A stretch of DNA of 32,203 nucleotides, counting the filler, from Intoshia linei (taxonomy: Eukaryota > Animalia > Orthonectida), in NCBI GenBank assembly GCA_001642005.1. It is 2 parts of 2 records of this genome, joined end to end, with 100 filler letters (N's around TTAATTAATTAA, not from the genome) between each part and the next. Parts side by side here need not be neighbours in the genome. Positions count along the whole stretch, not along the records: positions 21,796 to 32,203 come from LWCA01001277.1; 1 more part is not named here. One strand, given 5' to 3'. Shown here piece by piece: positions 22,766 to 32,203 of this stretch (within the stretch, counting starts at the first letter, position 1; each line of letters begins with the position of its first letter). The notes under the pieces are model-generated. The model ran no database searches, was not told where the DNA came from, and saw only the letters and a program-made list of their open reading frames with translations. A program made the position numbers and the translations under genes.

Positions 22766-25700
22766 AAATTGTTTAAGCACATTGAAAGAATCAATTTGCC
22801 CTAGCGAAAAAATGTATAATCTTTTGGATAATTTAATGTTGCAACTGCGCATTTTTGTAATTCAGCAACAAATTAAATTAGCTTCTAAAGGTAAATTAAT
22901 GTTGTATACCAATGGTTTCAAACTTTGAACGAACCGACCCCCATTTCCAAAAACAATGATTATCAATGACTCTGTAAATTTTTTTATAACGTAACACTTT
23001 CTTTACCGCAAATCAGTAATTTATTAACTATAATTATAGTGTTGCTATTTTAACAATTATTTTGAAAAACAATTTATGAGATTTCCAAACATTTGAAACA
23101 TTGGTTGATAATATATTAAAAGTTACTTTCATTGGTAATGCGTAGATTTTTGGGTTTGACGTTTTGTATTTATATCAACTGGAATAAACTGTATCAGAGT
23201 AATCTTTTTTGGTAATTCTATGATCGTTAATTATTTCAAATTTTGGGTTTTAATATAATTTTGAAATGAAAAAAAATGCTTATATAATGCCTGATTTTAA
23301 AAACTATCCCATAATTTATGTTTTTTAAAATTTATGTTTCTGAGACTGAGATTTACGATAATGTTAATGATTTTACAACGCGTCACAGAAATTAAGTTTT
23401 ACTAAATTTTTGGTGTTGATTTTATTTTTAAACAAAAGGGCAAGTTGGGTTTTTGACCCTAAAGGACTCAAATTCGGAAACTGAAAAATAGATATTAATA
23501 TCCTCACACAGACTTTCAATTTTATATAAGTAAAGAATATATTTTTATTTGGACCTAGTCAATTTTTATTTATATATTTAGAAATTTTGGGTTTATATGA
23601 CCAAGAAGATTGGATTTTACGAAGTTATGAAGATGGACATACGACTAAATTGACAAAAGTATTCGAAGAGCGAATAAAAAATGTTTTAATTGACATTGAA
23701 CCTATTTTCAACGATCTGGATCATGAACTTCCAATTTTAAAAAATGAAGACTTTTGTAATAGTTTTTCAAATTACTTTTGTGATTTTTTCAATGCATTTT
23801 CTGGGACAATAATTATTTTACATAACGCTGATGCAGTAGGGCGTGATGTATTAAAAAAGCATAGGTATTTATTATTTTTATTACGTTATAAATATTAATC
23901 AATATTTTATAACCATAGGTAACATTTGGATTTAATTTGACCCATTTATTCCCAAATTGACACATTGATCTGAGTGGATCGTTTATGAATGTAAAATTTT
24001 TAATCTAAAATTAATAATTTACTGAAAATTGATTTTTTGTATTGATACTAATTGTACAATGTGTATCCGATAATATTGAATATTATTCAATATAAAATTA
24101 TATATTTTGTAAAGATAGGAAACTTCCATTAAGTTATTTATATTTCTATATCTAGCCAAGAATACGAGTCTGGATCATTGCGAAATTCTTCAGTTTCCGA
24201 ATCATCACCTGTATGATTGTAAAAGGAAATATTTTACTGAAACTTTAGAGAAAACGTGAATTGATTATGATTAGCGTTTGTATTAATGCTCGTGATAACC
24301 TTTTGCCAAGTATCATGAAATTGACTAAAAAATTTAGAATTTCAAATTCTTCTAAAATTAATGATGTAAATAAAATGACTTAAGATATCTTTATAATATT
24401 TTACAGGAATGCAAAAAAATTCTAGACGAAAGAATTGATTATATAATTGATTCATTTTTGGAAAATTCAAATTCGGTTTTATCCGATATTATTTCCAAAG
24501 GGTTTTGCTGTCCGACTCTAGTCAATAAACATACAAATGAAGGTTTTTTTGCTTTTCGATTTTATTATTTTTGTAGCTATCCGACCTTATATACAATCTC
24601 TCATTTTTTATCTCTTGTCCATTTTTTCTGAGGTAATATTTTTCAATTATAAGTGATAGAATTTATTTTTTTATTAATTATCCTGTATAATTTTATATTG
24701 TATTTTTCATTCATAGATAAACAATATAAACCATACCATATTACCAATAATTTTCCCAAGTATTATTGAAGATATTATGTCAATATATCAATCTTTTATG
24801 CACACCCGTCCTAACGAATTTTCTTATAATCAGGTATAATTTAGTACCATTGCGTTGTACTAAAATTTACATTTTAAAACAGTTTTTCCAACTTTTGTGA
24901 TATTGTTGAAATGTATATACAGGATAATTCATATTTAACGGAATTTTTCGTTAAAAGAAAAAAAATCCTGATTAACGGAATGTGAATTTTTCTAAAGTAC
25001 AAAAATTCTGTTAAATTTTAACTTAAAATGACTACTGTGTTTTCTCGATTCTAAGAAGTCTTCTTATATTCGAGAGTAGAAGGAAAAATGCTTATAATCA
25101 AAAATAAGCAGACTTTTAAGCAGATCTTGAAAAATATAAAAAATACACTAAATTTTTTTTTTAATTAGTATAAACCTATAAATCAGACATTTTATTGTAT
25201 GAAGGAAGTTATTTTTTAGAAATAATGATATGTTGTCTATTTTGTGTTTAAAGTTTTTTCTTTCGAATACAAGCAGAAACTGCTTATATTCAAATTTTAT
25301 TTAGTTAAAAATTTCACTGAAAATTTGTATTTAAGGGGTCTGCTTATAATCGAGAAAAGACAGTAGCATCATAATTATACTAAATTTTTTCAGTTAAAAT
25401 TAAAAGCTTTAGATATGTATAACATTATATTTTCTTCTTTATTATGATAATAATGGTTGATTATTAACTATACCAAATAAAATGACCTGCAAATATAGAT
25501 TAAGTGGAATGAAAATCAAAATATTTTCATTTTTTTATTGTTTGAATGCAGTGGTTCTCTGTTTAAATAGTGTACGGACTCAATTTCAAAATATTTATAT
25601 TTTTTTAAGTCCAAAAGAAACATGAAATATAAAAAATTTATGAAAAAATTAAAGATTTTTTATTTTGGGATTTAGTAAAATTGTATTTTTGATAAAATAT

Positions 25701-26952
25701 TGGAAAAAGAGAATTTATTTATTGAAGGTTTGTAGAATTAATTTTTTTATTTTGGGCTTTGGATTGAGAAGTTGTTGCTCATAAGATTTAGTAAAATCGG
25801 ATTTTTCAAAATAATATTAGGAAAAGAGGATATTTCCTTTAAGCGTTGGTAATATTGGAGTTTTATTTTGGGGTTGGAATAAGAGGTTTTTCTCATAAGA
25901 TTTGGTAAAATCGTGTTTTTCAAAATAATATTGGAAAAGGGTATTTTTCTCTTAAGGGTAAGTAAAATTAGATTTTTTATTTTGTGGTTTCGTTAAGGGA
26001 TTTTTTTCATACTGTTTCGTAAAATCGGATTTTTTAAAAAAATATTGGTAAAAGTCAATTGTTTTCTGATGCTTGAAATTGTATTAATGATAGGTTAAAA
26101 GTTGGATTTTTGAAATAATAATGTAACGGTTGTCTAGGCTTTGGGGTAATCAACATTTAGAAACTTTGTAATATATATTAAAAATTCTTTTATAAAAAAA
26201 TAAATAAAATTTGATCAAAATTTTTCTAGATTTTATTTGAATCTTACGATCCCCAGGTCTTTTTTGGATATTTTGAACCCCAATCAGGTACCAATGTTTT
26301 AATGTGTAAATTATTTATAAAAATTCCTAGTTAACGGAATGAGAGGTTTTTCAGGACCAGTTATTACGTTAACGAGAAATTAATCTGTAATAGTTTGTAG
26401 TTTTTTGAGTGTCGTCTAAAATCTGAAATTGTCAATGTTGGAAACGACTGGTTGAACCGTTTACATTTTGTTATATAGATTGTGTTGGAATTGTCGGCTG
26501 TATTGGAAATTACAGATGGAGTAGAAGTTACAAAGGATACGACAGATCAATTTGAGACTATTTTTTCTTCTGCTCCAAAAGATTTAAACGCTGATGATAA
26601 TAGGTTTTTAACTTTTACATTTTTAACTTTTTTTAAAAATATTAAACCAAATATACTTATTTTATTTGATAATCTTTAATTTGTAATTTAATATCAAATC
26701 GATAAAATGTTTTGATTTTAAAATATATTTGAAATTGATTGTTTTTGTCGTATTTTCATATTAAGGAGGATGATAAAATTTTGGTTTGAGGAATATAGTA
26801 TTCGATTATTCCTTTACTAGATTACATATTACTATATATTTTTGTTAATTGATATGTTTAGGGATCATCGTTTAAATGTAATTGACACTTATAAGAAATC
26901 CATGCTTATCTACACCTTACCATTTCAATTAATGAATTCTAAATTTAAATAA
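22766..26952 (+). CDS. EXOC2: Exocyst complex component 2 (Sec5), 3' portion
   Basis: Phase-consistent exons 22766-22890, 23582-23864, 24156-24210, 24249-24365, 24407-24542, 24577-24632, 24717-24833, 26479-26603, 26862-26952 (TAA). Collinear matches to recalled EXOC2: LDNLMLQLR...KEILGLYDQEDW (IQDLILDLR...EEIKRLAEKEDW), TKLTKVFEERI (TSLPCQFEQCI), AIRPYIQSLIFYLLSIFSEI ([20 protein letters not shown]), QIVLELSAV (QARLEICAL), YKKSMLIYTLPFQ (FKSSMHLQLTCFQ). Possible extra 27-nt exon at 22691-22717. Confidence 0.85.
23090..23535 (+). mobile_element. Diverged copy of the modular dispersed repeat in an EXOC2 intron
   Basis: TATATCAACTGGAATAAACTGTATCAGAG core; GGTTTTTGACCCTAAAGGACTCAA module; tail CACACAGACTTTCAATTTTATATAAGTAAAG. 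Confidence 0.7.
25035..25363. mobile_element. Tc2/pogo-type MITE
   Basis: TA TSD; TIRs CTGTGTTTTCTCGATTCTAAG / rc CTGTCTTTTCTCGATTATAAG; internal TAAGCAGA and CTTATA..CGAG repeats. Confidence 0.8.
25655..26060. repeat. Diverged minisatellite, about 4 units of about 114 bp
   Basis: CTCATAAGATTT(A/G)GTAAAATCG...AATATTGGAAAAG anchors at about 25669 (partial), 25778, 25892 and 26006. Confidence 0.8.
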
Positions 26953-27662
26953 AAGTTTAATATTCATTGTACAATTGTATTATAATAATTATTATAAAAT
27001 CATAGATAATTATCTATGCTTTTTAAACATTCTGGTTTTAACCGTTAAAATGGAAATTTCTAACAGTACAATTTATCATATTTACGCCACCGGATATAAT
27101 GATTGAATTTATGGTTTTTAGTCAATTTTTTATGAATATATAAATATAATTTATATAACTTTTATATATGTGGGTATATGTGTATGTGGGTACATCAATG
27201 TAATTTTTGTATCAGTAATTTATTGATTTCTATGATATTAAAGGATTTAATTTTCATAAGGATGTAATTTTACTTAAAACGCCGAAAGAACGTTGGTATC
27301 GGTAAAAAATTAAAACGATTTGCAATTTTTTTAATTATAAAAGTAAAATACATAGTAAATAGTAATACATAACATGATGCGTAAAAAAATTATTGGAGCT
27401 GTCCGCTAAATCCTAATTTAAATTTTTTCTATTTAAATTAATTATTTATTTTGGATATGAAGCATATTCTTGACTTGTAAAGATTTAACGTAACATGCGA
27501 TATGTAATTAAATTTATCGATTATTTAAGGAAATTTATAATGAAATAAAATAATTGAAATATGTTAATTTATGGCTAAATTCTAAAAAGAAATGTAAAAA
27601 ATGTATTTATCAATTTAATCAAAAACGAATATTTAAATTTACCATTTTAATATACTATTAAT

Positions 27663-28859
27663 ATGAACAAAAACAATGAAAAGTTGATGAAAGTACATGT
27701 ATATCAAAAACCATCTGATACATGATTCAGTGAATTCACCATAAATGTTTTTTTTAATTCAAATTCAACATTGGCACATTGCTTATCATGTTGGATTCAG
27801 CATTTTGAAAAATTTTTAATTTTTCGTCAATTTAAAACAAAATATGGACAAAGAATGATTAGAATGGATGATAAATTTATAAGAATCAATTTAATTCAAC
27901 AAGTAACAGCCATTTTTCAAACTTATCAACTACAGAAGGGTCGATCAAAGTCTGTACATCCAAATGAATATAAATGTAGTCGAAATTATTCTAGTTACGA
28001 TTGTATTACAACTAAACTAGAATATGGTTCAAAGTTGAATATTAACGACGCAACACTAAAATTTTTTGATGACGGCATGTCATATAATTACACGACAATC
28101 AAAGCGCATCCATCGGGTGGAAAGACGTGTAAATTATGGAAAGTTACAGTTTTGGGAGCAAATAATTTAGATAAACGAATAGTTGTTGAAAATATGATGA
28201 ATTATACGTTTATAAATCGTTCTCATAATTTTCAAAGTACTTTAGAAATTTTTTTTTAATATATGTTAGTAATTTTTTTTCAATTTTAATTATTTAAATG
28301 ACTTTAGAGATGAAATTATTGTTGACTGAAATAATGAAGCATGCTTTTCATTCAATTATTATTATCGTAGAATTAAGCTGTAATCACAGTTTTTTATTTG
28401 TGAAGCGATTATGTTATAAATTATCATCACTGTATAATGGTCACGTTCCAAAAATTATTGTTGGAAGAGATTCAAATAAAAATAATTTAAAATTTATTAT
28501 TAATGGTTATAATATTATATTGTATATATTTAATTGTAATAGACTTTTTATTATTTTAATTTTTAGATTGTTACCAATTGGCTGTACAGTACAATGTGAC
28601 ACAGTACAAATGTAAATATATACATGTTTGTGATACTAAACAAAACACGATAGATTCTTTATTGGTTGGAATAATATATCAGTGTAGGATAAGTAAAGTT
28701 CGTAATATCGAAAAGATTAAAAAAAAATTCATGTACCCAATTAAATTGAAAATCCAATCAATCTCCTATAAAATTGGGGATATTTATAGAATTTTTGCAT
28801 ATAGTAGTATTAAAAGAAAATTAATGAACGAAAGAAATGTCAAATATGTTACCAACTAA
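27663..28859 (+). pseudogene. Orphan coding-like locus, probably decayed, with FN3-like segments
   Basis: ATG 27663 is in frame with the 162-aa ORF but interrupted by TGA at 27723. Downstream segments DEIIVD*NNE, YKLSSLYNGHVPKIIV and TIDSLLVGIIYQCRISKVRN resemble fibronectin type III strands. No clean splice model. Confidence 0.3.
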
Positions 28860-29257
28860 CCAAAGATATTTTAAATTTAGAAATACCTTGATATATCTAT
28901 TTTTGAAACGTTTTGAATTTCATTATTAGTATAATAATACATACTTATATTAATAGTAAAAGTGCAAATTATGCAATTTATATCTCCAATACCTGTAATT
29001 ATAATATAAATGCAAAATGAACATTATATAATTATAAAATAATACTGTTGATGAGGGTAAGTATATTATAATATATATAATTATATAGTAATAATGTATA
29101 CTAGGGTGTCATATTTTTTGCGTATTTTGAGCATTTGATGGCCAATAAGCACTAAATGTGTGTATTTTTAAAATAGAAAAACTATTTCGCAATCAAAAAA
29201 ATTTAACGATATCTATTCGAGATATTAAAAAATAAAAAAAAATTTATATTAAAAATA

Positions 29258-30813
29258 CAGTGCGCGACATAAGTCTTAGGCATCCCCATTGTAATTAATT
29301 TAAACACTTCTGGTTCATGATTTAAGACATTTTCTTATATAATATGTAGTGTATGATCAAGAACAAATATTTAACATCCCTAAAAAAGTAAAAAATTTAA
29401 AAAATTTTTTAATAATTAATGAAATTTGGTATTTTTAATTAAAATTGCAAAATTCCGAGCGACATAAGTAGTAGGCACTTTTATAATTTCAATTAAACTA
29501 AATTAAATTTCAATAAAAACTAAAATGTAATGATTTATATATGAAATATTATGATTTTTTTAGTAAATGACGCGCATAAGTGACGAAAAAAAATGCAATG
29601 TCTTTGTTCAAGGAAGGAAAAACTCAGGTTTTTATAAGTAAAACATTAATAAAGTCCCGATGTGCGGTTCAAAATTTAATTAAAAAATATAAAAAATGGT
29701 TAGGCATAGCTGACTTGCCAAGATCAGGTAGAAAACGCATGCTAACATTTAGAAAAGAGGCTATTATAAAAAAAGAATCAATTAAAAACCCATTCTTGAC
29801 AGCTTTGGAGGTCAAAAACCACTCCAATAATTCAAAAAATCCAAGTTTGGGGTCGGTGCAACGTGTATTATATAGATTTGGATTATATGGAAGAATTGCA
29901 AGTCGAAAACAGTTTCTGAAAAAAATTCACAGATCAAAGCGTTTAAAATGGTGTAAAGCAAAAGTAGCATGGACGAACCAATGGCAAAATGATTTGAATT
30001 GTTTTCAAAAAGGAGAGTACATGTACGAAGACCCAAAAAAACAAAGTGTTTATCAGAGTACACAAGTAGAAGCATAAAACATAGCCAATCAATTATGATT
30101 TGGGAAGGTATTAGGGCAGATGGAAAAAGAATATTTATTAAATGTGAAGGAGTAGTAAACTTTCAAGAATACGAGAGAATCCTTGGAAAAGCAAATGAGG
30201 AAAATTTTTTACATGGAGTGAAGATGCAGCAAGATGGAGCACCGTGCCACATAGCAAAGACAACCCGTCGATTTATTAGGGTAAATCGTATAAAAACATT
30301 AAAAGATTGGCCCGCGCAAAGCCGAGATCTAAATATAATTGAACATATGTGGAAAATTTTAAAAGATAAAGTTTATAAGCTACATCCAACCAATTTAGAA
30401 GAACTGTGGAGATTATACAGGAAAATGGGACCGTGTACCTCTAGAAACTATTCAAGGTTTGTATGCCTCATTGCCCAGAAGAATTGCATCAGTTATACAA
30501 AATAAAAGATGGAATACTAAATATTAGTAATTTTGTATGTATTTATCTAATATTTTTATTTAATTAACATAATTAATTGTATTATTTTATAGGTGCCTAA
30601 GACTTATGTCGCTCGGAATTATGCAATTTTAATTAAAAATACCTAAATTTCATTAATTATCAAAAAATTTTTATAGTTTTTACTTTTTTAGGGTTGTTAA
30701 ATATTTGTTCTTGATCATACACTAGATATGATATAAGAAAATATTTTAAATCATGAACCAGGAGTGTTTAAATTAATTACAATGGGGATGTCTCAGACTT
30801 ATGTCGCCCACTG
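29258..30813 (+). mobile_element. Tc1-type transposon with about 221-bp IR/DR terminal repeats, defective
   Basis: TA TSD; TIRs 29258-29478 and 30593-30813, each with a GCGACATAAGT..TAGGCA-type direct repeat at both ends. Confidence 0.95.
29567..30527 (+). pseudogene. Tc1 transposase pseudogene, DD35E spacing
   Basis: Paired-like HTH with DLPRSGRKR, RLKWCK, QQDGAPCH...DWPAQSRDLNIIEHMW, ends NTKY*. Frameshifted, and the segment carrying the first catalytic D (VIFSDES equivalent) is deleted near 29990. Confidence 0.92.
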
Positions 30814-31294
30814 TACTATAATTTTGCGATTTGTATCAATAATTAACGGAATCACCATTTTAAAATCATTTCGGGTAAATTTTACCAACATTTTATTAAA
30901 GGTTTAAAGGCACTTCAGAAGTTGGTAACTTTTTAAATTTCTTGGGTCACTTTTTATGCCAAAAAAATATACGGGCCCCGTTTTTGAAAATTTACATATG
31001 CTAAATTTCAATTTTAACTGAAAAGAAACGGTTATAGCATATTAAAAAAAAATAAAATCCAGTGCGATCAGAAAATTCCGCCTTAAAATGATTATAATGA
31101 GCCGATTATAGTAGAAAATGTATAAAAGTTGAAAAATAAGTAATTTACGTGTTTACTCTAAGGGCCACCAAAATTATTCTGTAGACCATTGGTTGCCGCC
31201 ACTTTTGTACTGCAAGTGATTGTATAATTTATGAAAATAATTATTTACAATTGTAACAATCAAAATAAAACTGAAGTAATTAATTTTCTTTACT

Positions 31295-31480
31295 TTTGTA
31301 GTTTTAGACTAAATTTTTTTGAAAATGCGTATGTGAGAATGAAAAATTGCGTAGCACTAAAAAAATATAGATTTCCATCCATATTTCTATATTGGAAATG
31401 TGTAGACTTTCAATGTACATTTTTTTTTAAAATTGTAGGATCAATATTTACATTTTCAATTTTTATTTTACAAATTTTGT
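31295..31480 (+). repeat. Partial 5' module of the dispersed repeat
   Basis: GAGAATGAAAAATTGCGTAG...TTGGAAATGTGTAGAC...CAATATTTACATTTTCAATT as at 14048 and 21250. Confidence 0.7.
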
Positions 31481-31971
31481 TAATTTATTAGTGACCGATA
31501 CCCTTTATACTTGCTCAAACATTATGATTTTCGAAATGTGTTATTTAAATATGTGTAAAATTTCTAAGGTTTTGAGATACTAGAACTGGGTAAACTGGGA
31601 ATGACTACATATGTAGTCATTGGCCGCTAACCGGAAAACAACATTAATAAGTCCAAAATATGTCGATAATTCGGTAAATGACTTTAGTTATATATATCTT
31701 GATATTCATTATGACTCAGAATTAAAATTTAACCAATAGGACTAAGTGTCAATATACAGTTCATATAATAATACAATATATATAATACAATATACAATAT
31801 AGCAACAGCTATTTAAATAAGTTGATATTCAATATTTGTAACGACAAAACTAATTTGATAATTTGATTGGATGAAAAATTATTTGATTATTTTAACTTTT
31901 TCGAAATGTAATTAACAAAATTAAATTATTACAGTCAAAAGCATTAAAATAAAATTTTATTATTCAAATTC

Positions 31972-32202
31972 TTAATGATAATTTTGAAAACATGTATTAA
32001 TATGTAAGGCTTTTAGGCATTTCTTGCATTCTATGCGAAAATTCTTTTTACACAGAATACACCTTCTTAGTTGAATACTAATAGGTACATGGTCGACTGT
32101 ATCAAATCGAGATGAAGTCGATACTGTTAACTGAGGCCCTGTAGTTGAACGAGGAAATGATGTAGTAATTGCAGCAAGAACTACGCTTCTTCGAAATTGT
32201 AA
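31972..32202 (-). CDS. piggyBac (PGBD3-like) transposase C-terminus; continues beyond the window
   Basis: Open frame absent from the ORF track: LQFRRSVVLAA...SRFDTVDHVPISIQLRRCILCKKNFRIECKKCLKALHINTCFQNYH*, the piggyBac C-terminal cysteine-rich domain. A perfect 22-bp palindrome at 31600-31621 probably marks the subterminus. Confidence 0.88.
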   Translation of the reverse strand, partial: LQFRRSVVLAAITTSFPRSTTGPQLTVSTSSRFDTVDHVPISIQLRRCILCKKNFRIECKKCLKALHINTCFQNYH

Positions 32203-32203
32203 T

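Larger units (their letters stand above)
24920..26387. mobile_element. Old pogo/Tigger-like MITE interrupted by nested insertions
   Basis: TA-flanked diverged ends CAGGATAATTCATATTTAACG / rc CAGATTAATTTCTCGTTAACG with repeated TTAACGGAAT motifs; a related solo end lies at 18790-18871. Confidence 0.45.

Noticed and set aside
22711-22790. A new gene starting MGNCLS (myristoylation motif)
   Set aside because: No donor gives the required phase from ATG 22711, and the downstream exons are the middle of EXOC2.
25655-26060. CRISPR-like array
   Set aside because: Eukaryotic context; whole units are similar, with no unique spacers or cas genes.
26230-26287. AG/GT-bounded segment (ILFESYDPQ...) as an EXOC2 exon
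   Set aside because: EXOC2 homology is continuous without it (YNQ|IVLEL), and it lies within nested TE debris.
27723-27725. TGA reassigned to Trp or Sec
   Set aside because: The long intact exons of the other genes use TGG and contain no in-frame TGA; no SECIS evidence; pseudogenisation is simpler.

Overview
Very AT-rich, intron-containing eukaryotic (animal) DNA. Tiny 34-48 nt introns, fast-evolving conserved proteins and dense DNA-transposon debris suggest a compact invertebrate or parasite genome. The orthonectid Intoshia linei is my guess, but the sequence alone cannot prove it. Host genes, all on +: the 3' end of CEP131/AZI1 (715-2691); a possible micro-exon orphan gene (3248-4255); a signal-peptide gene encoding at least 1,248 aa of apparent ectodomain with class C GPCR Venus-flytrap (VFT) motifs, probably in tandem, truncated at an assembly gap (11591-20519); the 3' half of EXOC2/Sec5 (22766-26952); and a decayed orphan/FN3-like locus (27663-28859). 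Mobile DNA: two dead Tc1-superfamily elements (Tc3-like DD34E at 9820-11202; long-TIR DD35E at 29258-30813), the 3' end of a piggyBac transposase at the right edge, piggyBac, hAT, pogo and Tc2-type MITEs, and a modular Lep1/Helitron-like dispersed repeat that generates several spurious ORFs in the track. A 100-nt artificial linker (N44-TTAATTAATTAA-N44) at 21696-21795 separates two contigs. All homology calls come from motif recall and manual splicing, not database searches.
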